A stretch of 40,742 nucleotides of DNA. Source: Bigelowiella natans CCMP2755 (lineage: Eukaryota > Protista > Cercozoa). Both the position numbers and the translations under genes were made by a program. Below are positions 23,442-35,682 of the stretch, piece after piece. Under the pieces are notes generated by a model. It did no database searches, was not told the origin of the DNA, and was given only the letters and a program-made list of their open reading frames with translations. Position 1 is the stretch's first letter; each line of letters opens with the position of its first letter. The DNA is taken from the NCBI GenBank assembly GCA_000320545.1, contig ADNK01003092.1, positions 1 through 40,742 on the forward strand, written 5' to 3'.

Positions 23442-26400
23442 CTAATTACTTGTATTCGATATACTAGTTGCTGCTCTAAGGCTTGAAGATGCTATGTGAA
23501 TTGATTCTGCGCGATGAAAAGAAACACATTTGTAAACTGAAGAAACTACAGACTGCTGATACATGATTGAAAGATTCTGGTTAGCCTGAAAGTAATGACA
23601 TAAAAATAAAGTCAACAGCAAACGATGAACAAAATGAATGAATATTTTTTAAATACTACATTCGCTAGACAAAATCAGTATTTTACCCTTTTATGCCCCT
23701 GTGCTGCACTTCGTGTATACCATCTATTACAGCCATATGGATTGTAAAGAGGCATAAATTTCTTTGGAATGAACTCAAAAACTATGCACATTGTTACCTC
23801 GCAGCTTCCTCATGTTGCTTCTGCATGTCGTAGCATAAAGCAAGATTATACCTATGGAGAAAGAAGCATAAGAAGCTGTGAATACACCAAAATTTAGAAT
23901 AGAACAAGAAAATATCTCCTTTAGATATGGAAAAATGTTTACTGAGCGCTCATGTGTCCCTTTTTTGCTGCTTTCATATACCAAACAGCCGCCTTCTGTA
24001 AAATGAATTGGTGAGATTTTTAACCCAGAGGACTCAAACGTTTGTGTGGGAGAAACCTTGATATTCTTTTCCACTCCTTCACCGGTAGCGTAGCAAAGCC
24101 CCAGGTTGTAGGATGCTTGAGCATGTCCCATTTCCGCTGCTTTCTTGTACCTAAAATATTATCAATGTAACTTCTTGTTTAGAGTATGCATATATTCTCT
24201 CACCATTTGATAGCATCAATCATCAATGCCAAAGGCCCGACAGTTGTAGAGGGCTCAAAGGAAAGTGTCGAAAGATGGGAAGGACACGAAGTAGTTTCTT
24301 TTGCCTCAGAGTGAAGAGTACATGCATAATTGTATGCTGCATCCAAGTCCCCTGCTTTAGCTGCATTCAGATCTGTGGACAAATGTGTAGCAATACAGTT
24401 CGCTCGATACTGTGAGATTCATTCAAAATTCTGTGACGAGTATGAATCGAGCTCTCATTTTTATCTTCTACAAATATCAACTTTGTCAATATAACAGAAC
24501 GGAAAAATCCTTACAATAGAATGCAGCCATTTTGGGGTCGTAATCTACACCCCAACCATTGTCATATAAGATCTGCACATTTTTGATTGAAGTTATTTCT
24601 TAAAGATGTAAAAGTGTTAAAAATTGTGAAGTTAGACAGATTATACTCCTAGATTGAAGGCTGCAGTCGCATCTTTGCCAAAATCAAAAGCTTTAGAAAA
24701 ATATGTAGACGCCAACTTATAGTCACCATTCTGATGAGCGGACACAATACTTACACACACCACATTTGAAAGTGAAGATACGCTACTGTTCTGAACAATG
24801 GATCCGGACAAACCTTCTCAGCGATGTTTCCAAGTACACACAGTGCCCGAACGTGTTTCCTATCAGCAGCTTTCTTTAAGAATTCGGTGCCTTGATCAAT
24901 AGGGGCTCTATTATCATTTAAAAGTAATAAATTTATAATCCATATAATTTCACGCGATATATTGTACATAGGTGTTGCAGATAGCAATACAAATTTAGTA
25001 TTATCTGCATATCTAGCAATCATTTCTAACCAGGGACGTACTTTTTTATCGTTATTATCATTTTTTTTTGTTTTTTTGTCTTTTTTAGCTGATTGTGCAC
25101 TCCCTGATCCTTCTCTTGTAAAGTGTAATTGTAAATTTTGTAAATATGCTAAATTATACCTCAATTCATTTAATATAGAATATGAAGAAGTTTCCCCAAG
25201 CAGCAATCCTACTTCATACATTGCTTGGACATCCCCTATCATTACAATAATACCTATCACAGAACGATATATGATGCGTGTTTAGACTACCTTTCATAGC
25301 AGCCTCGACTAGCTTCTGAGCCTAATATCAACGATACTATGTTAAAAGTGTATGCACTTACAGTGACTGTAAGAATGTGAATCAAATATCTAGATCATTT
25401 CAATGTCATAAATCTAGATTTTTGTAATTATCTTAAATTTTTAAATGAAAAAGATTTTACATCTCTAGGTGTATTAATGGACAAATTATATACTAAAACC
25501 AGAATATTTTTCCAAGATAAAGAATATAATGAAATATTTAGACTCATTAATTCTTTTTTAAAAATAAGAAAATTGTACTTTAAAAAATGGTATCATAACA
25601 GTGAAAATTTAATTGATGTTAATGATTTCAGTCTTTCACTTGTACCTTGGTGCCTTGATCATTTTCCCCAAGCAGCAATCCTACTTCATACATTGCTTGG
25701 ACATCCCCTATCATTACAATAATACCTATCACAGAACGATATATGATGCGTGTTTAGACTACCTTTCATAGCAGCCCCGACTAGCTTCTGAGCCTAATAT
25801 CAACGATACTATGTTAAAAGTGTATGCACTTACAGTGACTGTAAGAATGTGAATCAAATATCTAGATCATTTCAATGTCCTTCCTAAGTTTTGTAATTCC
25901 AAGAACATAGTTATTCTTTTCCATAAACCTTTTACCTGTACTTCAGGGGAATCACTTAACATTTCGGTTATGTTGAGTACTGATACAGTCTGTAAGAATG
26001 CCAAGCGTATATGCACAAATGACGCAAATCATTATACAATTTAAAAAATTAAGAACTCCTAGAGCTGTTTAAACACGGCGATGATCTCAACCCTAGAATT
26101 TTGAAGCTTGGATAAATAAGACGAAGCTCTTTTATCTCCCTATCAGATTATGAACAAAATGCGCATTTCAACTCTGTATTCCTTGCGAAATAAGACTATG
26201 TGCGTTGAAATCAATAACTCACCTTGTTTGCAGCCATAGCATACCATCTCTTAGCCTGATCTTTGTTCTATTGATGGAAGATATAATTTATTCAAAATAA
26301 CAAATTGAAATTGGAATCATACCTCGTAGGTACCATATCCCGTATCAAAACATTCTCCAACCATTCGCTGCGCATCACGATGTCCCTGATAAAAACGTAG

Positions 26401-29400
26401 CAATGAGACTACTGAAGAGAAGATTATAATGTTACTTCATAAGGCAAACGGTGTTCTTGAGTGGATTCACGAGTGCATGACCATTTCTGCAGCTCGATTA
26501 TAGTTGGCAAAGGCGGAGAAGGCAGCCTATAGTGATTGGGATGTTTTTTTAAAATAATATTACTACTCTATGAAAATACATCGTATTTTTCATGAAAATT
26601 CAAACCTTGGAATTCTCTTTGGATTTTAGAGATTTGGCATAGCTATATGAAAAAAATGCAAATTTATAGATTGACGATACAAATTTCATGTTTACACTCA
26701 TTGCATGCCCTACTCGAAAAAGGCCTCAGGGTCACAACAAGAGAGGGATCTATTTGATTAAGGTAATGAATTAGTTGCGAGAAATAATTAAATCCTAGAA
26801 AAATTAATATGGACCGTCGTTACCTTTTCTTCCACTCTTCAGCTTTCGATGTGTTACCCACGGATTTGTAGTAGTCCGCAAGGAACAACTTACCAGATTT
26901 AAGTGGCCAATGTACAAACAAAAGTTAAATTATTTAGAGAGTTCTAACATTTGTAAAAATCTCTTCCACAAGGGTAGGATAATTATTAGCTCTCATACCT
27001 GTGCCCGCACGTCGCCACCCTTGGCACTCTCAAGATACCTAAAAACAGGAAGAATTGAATTGATCAGAAGTATGGATATACTTACAAAATCATTATTAGA
27101 TCTCAACCAATGTAGGGCTTGTAAGTCGTCCAAAGCGACTCCGATACCATGCTCATAACACCATGCAAGCTTATAACAAGCACCAGAGTGGCCTTTTATT
27201 CCATCACTAGATTTTGAAGCTCGTCGAAGCCAGGTTATGGCACTCTTTATATCTCTATCCAACTAATAGATGATACTCATATTAATATACAAATACACAC
27301 ACGCACACATATTGTGTGTATATACAGAATAAAATATGTGTTATATTTTATTGACTGAAACAGAAGATGCCTTGGTAAGGCAGTCACAGATAATTGCATA
27401 CCTTATCACCTCCCTCTAAGAGCCGCAGCGCAAGGTAATATTGTGCCGTTTTGTGTCCTGACGAGCCAGCTTGAGCATATAGCGAGACAGCTTTTGCCGG
27501 ATCTCTTGGAGGAAGTATTTGGTGATGACGATGTCCAAGACCTTTCAGTCTATGTTGAGTTCCATCATTATCTAAAATGATATTTTTACCAGACATACGG
27601 CCGTCATGATATCGCGCAAGTGCAAATTGAGCCTGCATAAAATATAGCATTAGAGGGAAGTAAATGACATAATTGTGACTCATGTGTCATTACCTTGGCA
27701 TGATGTGATTGTGCGGCTCTTTCGTAAAGTTTGAGAGACTTAGCTGCCACAAAGTTGGTCAGAACATGGTTGCCAATTTGCTAATATATTTAGATAACTC
27801 AAGATTGTAGCAACCTAAAGATATCTTCACTCCAAAACCTCTTTCATAGCATACACCCTATTAAAAAATTAGAATCCCCAAGTTTGTTAGCAGAATAGGC
27901 AGACCAAGCAACAACGAAATACATATATGTAGATCGTATTAATTATCGTTACTAGATTGTAGATCGCCTTTGTAGTATTGGATCTTTGAAACCTAATTTA
28001 CACCGGAATTTTAACTGTTATCGATCAAACATGAAGACGGGGGAAGACAATCTTTCCCCCATATTTTGCAAGTCCTACAAAGACAATTTCGAGGGTATTT
28101 GCTGCAGAAATGTATGGCTATTACCATTCACATGCCTTTTTTTTGTTCGTTTGCACACCACGTCCTTCTAGCAGTGCACAAGCGTAGTTAAATTGTGCAT
28201 CACGGTCTCCTTGGTCTCCGGCACTAAAACCATTGGATGTTAAATACTGTTACCAACACAAGGAATTGCACTGCACCGTTTCAGCCATTTGGCCGCTTCC
28301 TCGTACTGCCCTTTCCGGGATAAAAGACACCCAAGGGCATATTGAGCACGAGGGTACCCTTTACCAGCACTTCGCTTCAATGCAAGCTAAACAGGTATTT
28401 GTTATAAGAACGAAAATGGTCAGTCGATTAATTGTCAAGGTGACAAAGAATCAATATGTCGATGACGAGCTAAATTACCAATGAATCGTCGGGATCGCAG
28501 AGGAGAAAATGAGAGAATATTGCGTAGAAATATGTACGAGCGATCTTATTGTCGTGAAAGTAGTGTTCATTTGAGAGTTTTTCTTTTACAGTCACCGATG
28601 GCATATGGGGAGCGCAGTTCTTTAAAAGTGATGCCAAATAGCTAGCTGATGGAAGTGGACGATCAGTCACCCTTGGATGCAATAATTGGGTTTTTTTAAG
28701 TCCACTTATTAAGCAAGCACTATGAAAGTCCTTCCTGTAAAGTAAGGAATGTCCATGATCATCATTTCAGGGTCATCCTATTAGCACTATTTTTTAGAAT
28801 GTCTTTTTTGTATCCAACCCGATGGAATGTTGGATCCGTTCAAAATTTTGAGAAAGGATCGGATTCAATGATATTGAATTATTTTCAGCGACAGCTGCCC
28901 TAGATACAGATGGCAAAAACGATTGATTGCGTTCCTGCAAAGCAACAAAGCTATTATCACACAACAATGTCGATAATGGTATATGGAAGATATTGTTGAA
29001 AGTTAGATGTTACTTGGGCTACCTGCCTCGCTAACAACCAAATCGTAAGGAGACCCAGAGCTCGAACGTCCATATCAATGTTGCAGAGTGAAGGAGAGTT
29101 TGACGTTTTCACAGCTTCGCCCTCAACGTTTATTTTTGGATGTCTTCCAGAGCTTTCTATGAATGGAGGATACCAAGGAGATGGAGCATAAATCCTTACC
29201 CATTTGTCTTGGAAGGATTACGCATTGCAAAAACAATTGCGATATTAATTAATAATACGATCATGAAATGGGTAGGAAGATCTGAGACCTCCTTTGTTGT
29301 GTAGGTTATCTTGTTTAACCCAACGTCCAGAAACGGCGTAGTCTGTCAGCTAAAATGAGAAAACTGAAAAATGTGACATTTTGAGGTCGAGGTGATGTCA

Positions 29401-31236
29401 CCTTTGCCACAACTGCCTTCCCAGGATATTCGAGAAAAATTAGAACATTTCTTGGACATAGCTATTTTTTGGATGTTATTATATTTGAAGTGATGATGAG
29501 ACACTATTGTTTCATACTTACTGAGAGGTGATGAATAGGAGGGCTTTGGTTATGAAGATGTCTTAAACCCATAGCAACTTGCAAATTGAAATTGATATAT
29601 AAATGACAACCAAAAAATATCCAGGAAGAACAACCTGCGCTGCAAGATCCAAACGATGATTGGTGTCACAAAATGAATCTTTCAAGGTTTTGGAGTTTAG
29701 GGAGCTCGCAGAAAATGCAGGTGACGTTCGCGTAATTAGGTAATCCATCAAAGAACCCTTTTGAGACCATGGAAACACTAACAAACGCATACCTACACGT
29801 AGAAAGTTGAAAGTATTTACATATTGATAGGGATATACTTAAAAATCTATAAACCTATCCTCGCGTACTTCGGTCTAAATCTTAACGATTAGAATTTAGA
29901 TAATTAAGATAATGCAAGCACTTGCACAGAGCATAATGTACACAATTGTAACCTTTTTGACAAATTATGTCCATAGGGTCAATAATGTGCTTGTTTGGGG
30001 GAGACAAAAAGAATCTGAAAAAAAATAATCACAATAAAGCTTGAGAATTGATATTAATGGACACCTCACCCAATTCGAATGCTCCTCTGCTTTTTCGCAG
30101 AAAGTGCTTGTTTAGACGATGGATGAAACGGTCGACCTGCCCATGACTTCCCTTCGCTATCCTTTAAGCAGTAAATTACTTTGTTCCCTCCCTGACAGGA
30201 AATTTCCGTTAGACATTTACTTATTCTAATCTCCTGAGGAGTCTACGAGGGTTTTGCCTCTTAATACATTGATTTACATCTAATGTTCATACGCATTTGA
30301 TGGTCTTTACAATAAGAGAGCACATTAGCACCTTACCTCTGAATTTCCAAGTCGACTGAATATTCGGTATCTAAATAACCATATTTTTAGAAAACTGAAA
30401 AGTATTTTGAAAATATGTTGGTGTAGTTCAGACTAACCTCTTTCCCATGATTCGTCCTCTTAACTGTAATTTTCCTGTTTTATTTATAATGCCGTCTAGA
30501 GGCTCTTCCTTCCAATCTTTTATGCTGTTGTCAAATGTTCCACCAAAAGATGACAAGGTGTCTGATGCCAGCTCGATGTCAACTTGAGTTGGTTTCCGTT
30601 CGACAGTTTCAGGGCGAAGTTGCGTCTTTACATAACTTCCACTTGTTGGGTCGTCACCATCAAGATTCAGAATATTCATCGTTATTGGGCCTAAAAAGCA
30701 AAGTGTTGTAGTTAAGAGAATAGTTGTACATGAATTATGAATGCTACCATGAGTAGCCACTGAAGCTAGTTGTCCCCACCAATCAACTCCAGAACCTCCG
30801 TCAGAAGCGGCGGATTCCGAAAATGGATTCCACACACTCTTAACTTCAGGCATAGAATATTCCCTATTTTCTTCCAGCAAATCGACACAATACGATTTTC
30901 TTACGTTTGGAGGCGAGTTTAACGATATTTCATTCTCGACATTTATGGTTGCACTGAGTGAGAGACTCTTTTTAGTCTTTTTAGGGGAGATAGCATTTGA
31001 TGATCTTACAAATATTTCTTTCTTATATCTACAATGTGATTGGTTAGGTCATGCGGGAAGAGTACATTGAGCGATAAATTTTGAGAAGTAGCCCTGCGTT
31101 CACGCACAATTGAAATTTTTGGATGCACATTCGGTGATGTGATGATGTGATACCTGGGGGATGCAGAGGGGGAGAGGGATGGAGCAGAGGTTACCATACT
31201 TGTTCTAGAAGCTGGAGAGACCCGTTTGTCACACAT
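23442..31236 (-). CDS. Pseudokinase plus multiple SEL1-like repeats; many short introns; carries a duplication and foreign inserts at 24886-25879
   Basis: Start MCDKRVSP...SPR|YKKEIFVR. Kinase-like exons: LLVFPWSQKGSLMDYL, HRLDLAAQ|VAMGLRHLHNQSPPIHHLS|LCPRNVLIF, |LTDYAVS. SEL1 repeats: GDRDAQFNYACAL, GHSGACYKLAWCYEHGIGV, GHRDAQRMVGECFDTGYG, GDVQAMYEVG, GDLDAAYNYA, GHAQASYNLGLCYATGEGVEKN, WYTRSAAQGHKR|ANQNL. The stop position is tentative. Confidence 0.8.
24899..25125 (-). other. Captured fragment of an NCLDV-type SF2 helicase (D6/D11, early transcription factor small-subunit family)
   Basis: HFTREG...KKVRPWLEMIARYADNTKFVLLSATPMYNISREIIWIINLLLLNDNRAPI contains SF2 motif III (LSATP) followed by MYN..EIIW..NL...ND.R, which I recognise as typical of giant-virus D6/D11 proteins. 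The segment is AT-rich and absent from the sister copy of the host exon. Confidence 0.75.
25121..25192 (+). other. Captured glutaredoxin-like fragment
   Basis: KCNCKFCKYAKLYLNSFNIEYEEV matches the glutaredoxin N-terminal pattern K-x-x-C-x-F-C-x-x-A-K...I-x-Y-E-E. Confidence 0.65.
25408..25648 (+). other. Second AT-rich foreign insert (241 bp), open end to end
   Basis: INLDFCNYLKFLNEKDFTSLGVLMDKLYTKTRIFFQDKEYNEIFRLINSFLKIRKLYFKKWYHNSENLIDVNDFSLSLVP is stop-free, intronless and very AT-rich (K/N/I/F/Y bias), like giant-virus coding DNA. Confidence 0.7.
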
Positions 31237-31295
31237 GGCGGTGGGTGTACGAAAAGCTCGAGGTGATCGATTAGTTTCTTCTCTTGGTGCTGCTG

Positions 31296-31339
<44 letters not shown>

Positions 31340-31559
31340 TAGAGGGGTCTCTGGAGCATCTCCAAGGTTCCGAAAGTAAATCAAAGAATGCATGAATCCC
31401 AGTAAATACCGGTAGTAGATCGTTACTTACAGCATGTAAGATCTTCTTACTCTTCTATCCGACACCCCAGACCAGGAGTAATAAGAAGGAAAAAGCTTTG
31501 GAGCAGGAGGAGGAGGAAGAGGAGGGGGAGGAAGAAAGAGGGAAGAAGGAAAACAATTA

Positions 31560-31933
31560 ATGATGGTGACGAAGAAACAACTAGTAGCAACTGTGATCTT
31601 TCTTTCGATGTGTTGTTCTACGACCGCCATCCTCCAAGCGGATGGGGATCCGGTGGGAAGCGAGGATGCTGAAGGACCCCAAGCCGTTGCTATGTAAGCC
31701 CTTGACATATCAATTAATAATTCGATAGAATCTGCATGTTCTGCTCTCACTTTTTTTGCTCACTTGCTTGTAGGTTACGCGGTGAAGTGATGGAATTGCG
31801 TGAGTCCCTTGAAAGGATGAAAGCGTTGGTGAAATATATGAACAAGAGCATCACTGCAATATGTCACAAAACCTGTGCCTGCAATGAGGAGGGAGATGAG
31901 GAGGAAATGGGGTACTACTACTACATGCATTGA
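31560..31933 (+). CDS. Small secreted protein (97 aa, 2 exons: 31560-31693, 31774-31933) with coiled coil and CxxxCxC
   Basis: MMVTKKQLVATVIFLSMCCSTTA (signal-peptide-like)...AVAM|LRGEVMELRESLERMKALVKYMNKSITAICHKTCACNEEGDEEEMGYYYYMH*. The phase-2 intron is canonical (GTAAGC...TAG). Confidence 0.75.
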
Positions 31934-32186
31934 TATACCTACTGTTTGGTGTTATCCCCCTCGTTCATTATCATTTTATGATCTGCAGAACATGCGAATA
32001 CCAAAGCACCTCTTCCAAGCCCGATTACTCGGAAAAAGTGAACGAAAACGCCATTGACCGTAACAACTGGTACTGATTTTTAATATAAACGATGCTTTAT
32101 GTACAATATAATAATGAAAACAATCACTACACTACACACGTTTTCACCCTTTTATACCCCTGAACGGAACAAAGTTCATATGTTCT

Positions 32187-32239
<53 letters not shown>

Positions 32240-32749
32240 CTCTCGCTCTCTCTTGCTCACACACACACACACACACACACACACTAATATATATTATAAT
32301 ATGGTTCACCACCATCAGGATCATTCCAACATTTCCACAGCTCTATAGGGTAGAAGAATCCAGCTGGTAGTAAAAGAATAACAAAAAAAAAAAAGAAACT
32401 GTACAAACAGTTGCAATATTAAAAGCGCACAGTTTTGTAGTACGCGTGCATCTATCTGTCTGTCTGTTTTTGTGTGTGTGTGTGTGTGTGTGGTTGGGGG
32501 GAGGGGGGGATGTACAGGTATTATTTTTATGCGTCTTTGTGAAATATTAGAGTTTGTGTGAAAGTGAAATGGTGAATGTAGGGAGTGGTGGTGTCATCGT
32601 TTAGTATGTCTAAATTAGTAGAAGCACTGACAACTCATTATCATCATCGAAAGTATGCGCACACGCACTTACGCACACACGATGAATATCATAGCACAGT
32701 CTGCAGCACATGATCATCATCACCATCATCATCATCATCATCATCACCA

Positions 32750-33128
32750 TCGTATAGGTTTGATGGGCTACTTTATCTTGGATGGCTTCAAGTAAACAAT
32801 TTATAACAATGATGATAATTATGATGCTCTTCATGAGTAAACGCTGACGTGTATCTCCAAAAGATTTAACCTCAGAAATAATGTGTACTACCGCCATTAT
32901 GCAGCATGTTAGCGTATATGCTGACAGAAACTTCATTGGAAGGTGAGATCACAAAAAATACTAAACACGCACACACACACACGCACACACACCTCGTTAT
33001 ATAGGTTTGAATATTTTACATAATATTTGTAATTATTTGGGGCTGTGTATATGTATGATCTACCTGTGTGAGTTGGAGGTAGGTTAGAGAGCAAACAATT
33101 ACAATTTACCAAGATTCGTTGAATCAAG

Positions 33129-33168
<40 letters not shown>

Positions 33169-33343
33169 TGCGTGAGCTACATACGTGAAACCAACCTCTA
33201 CCCATTATATTATTAGTAGTAGTATCATTATTATTATTAATATCGTTCAATGAATTAATCATAGGTTTCATGAAGTTGGTCCGATAAGAAAGCTATGGCA
33301 GGATACGGTGGCTTTCTACGATGCGAATTATCAATATCAAGGG

Positions 33344-33374
<31 letters not shown>

Positions 33375-33735
33375 GAATAGTAGTGATAGTAGTGATTGCT
33401 ATCATTGATAGTTTGTATGCTGCTGTTTTAATGGAGCATTGGTTTACTACTATGCACAGAAGCAGCAGCAGCAGCTGCTGCATTGATGATGGCGCACATG
33501 CTGGAACGAACATCATCATCTCCCCTCTCTCTTTATCTCCCTTTCTATGAATCGAAGTCAGATCAAGTTGCTCATTTTCCCCCACTAATCAATATTTTGT
33601 TATTATTATATTCATATTATAAACAACTTAAATATAATATATAGATATTAGTAGAATCACCCATAAAATGGTGCTACAATATCATACCCAACTTACTGTT
33701 TGGACGACAATACTGGAGATTGTACGACAAAAGAG

Positions 33736-33766
<31 letters not shown>

Positions 33767-34158
33767 AAGTAGGTGTAGCATACTGGTGATGATGATGAGA
33801 ATGATGATGTTGTGGTGGTGGTGGTGAGTGGAGTGAGGATGATGGTGACTTCAAGCGTCATTACTCATATTACTCTTGATAACAACAGCAACAAAAAAGT
33901 AGTAAGAACAAGATAGCAGCAACAGCTAATAAAGAACGGAAATAAACGATATATATCCTCCTTCATTTTTCCTCCTCGTTGATCTAGTTATTCGTTCGGA
34001 AATAAACGATATATCTCCTTCCTCTCCCTCCTTCTCGTTCATCTGCTTTGTTTGTTCGTTCGTTCGTTCGTTCGTTCGTTCGTCGTTGTCTACTACTACT
34101 ACTCAGGAAAATTAAAGATGTATGGTAGCCCTGAAAACTACTTATCTGCTATGATGAG

Positions 34159-34190
<32 letters not shown>

Positions 34191-35388
34191 TTGCAATGAG
34201 AAGATGAAGAAGCAGACAAACCGTTGATTACGTGTATCATGATCTAACTATTGTACTTATATTGAATTGAAAGGGGTGATATCCGAGGTGACGTTCTTTG
34301 GTCCCCATACGGTAATAAGTAATAAACGATAAAGAAAAGTGTTGCTGTTATCGGTGTTCGTATTGTTGTTGTTGCTGCTGTTGTTGTTGTCGCTGTTGTT
34401 TCTGTTAACTAGAGCTAGCTGAAAAAGAGATTATTATCATCGTAAATCATGAGGAAAGTAGTAGTTGTAGGGGAAGGAAGGCATTGCTATTAGATTAATG
34501 AAGACGCACGGTCGCCATCAATAACAACAACAACAACCCATTGCTGCTGCTGCTAAAAAAAAAATAAATACTGGTAGTATAATAAGCAATGGTTTTACCG
34601 TCATCTATCTTAAGCAATGGTTTCATCATCATTATTTATTTGTGCTACTTCACACCCTTACCCTTCATTATCTCATTCTTCGTTCTTATCAATGCTATTA
34701 CTAATTAAACTCCTCTCTTCTTCTTCTTCTTCTTCTTCTTCTTCTTCTTTTTCAATGCCAGCAGATAACACAGAGTATTTGTCGCGTATGACAAACACTG
34801 CACAAATGGTAGTAAGTACGTACTACAACAATAACAACAGCAGCAGTAGTAGTAGTAAGTACAAATGATAATAATGCAATAATGGCTATTATTATTATTA
34901 TAATTATTATTATTATTATGATATGTGATAATTATAGCATTTAGCATTGTCATGCTACGCAACGGAATAATAGTAATAATTAATAAGAACACCGATGATT
35001 GTATTTTCTCCAAAGGGAGGACAGGGTGGGCAAGGCTTGTTACATGAATTGATTAAGGGGGATGGCAGATCATTTTTCATTTTTTGTAGCTTGCTCTTGC
35101 TTTTGTTGCCCTGCTCTATTAGCGGACGACGAAGCGATAAAGCAAATTTATCGCAAGGAAATTCTCTCTTTGTGATAAAATCTTATGATGATTGGTCATC
35201 ACCATTTCTTGTATTTTACTTTTTCTCAGCTTCTTTGATTGATATAATTATAATCGTGATGATGAAAATGACGTATACCCTAACCCTGCTTATTTTCTTG
35301 TAAATACGTTGCTGCTACTTTATTACCCTCATCATCATCATCATTATTATCATCATCACATTAAGCGTGACTACGTAACTATCTTACT

Positions 35389-35421
<33 letters not shown>

Positions 35422-35645
35422 GTGATGCTGATGATGATTATCGTGATGGTAGGGCCTTCAAAAATGGCACATCACACGGAACGATAATGCAAAAGCAGCA
35501 GTAATCGAAGAGATTTCCATAAGAAATGTTGCAGGTGAGAGAGAATGAGGGGGGGGGAGGGTAGAATTAAAGGGAAATCAACAAATCACACATATTTACG
35601 AAAACACCGGGCATTTATCACATAGTAGCCAGATATTGAGCTAGC

Positions 35646-35682
<37 letters not shown>

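Larger units (their letters stand above)
24886..25879 (+). repeat. 231-bp near-identical host duplication (copy 1: 24886-24898 + 25191-25407; copy 2: 25649-25879)
   Basis: GGTGCCTTGATCA...TTTCCCCAAGCAGC...TTCAATGTC occurs twice with one substitution (GCCTCGACT versus GCCCCGACT). Copy 1 is split by a 292-bp insert. Confidence 0.95.

Noticed and set aside
24886-25879. CRISPR array
   Set aside because: Only two 231-bp host-gene repeats with 240-290 bp inserts, no cas genes, and a eukaryotic context. The resemblance is architectural only.
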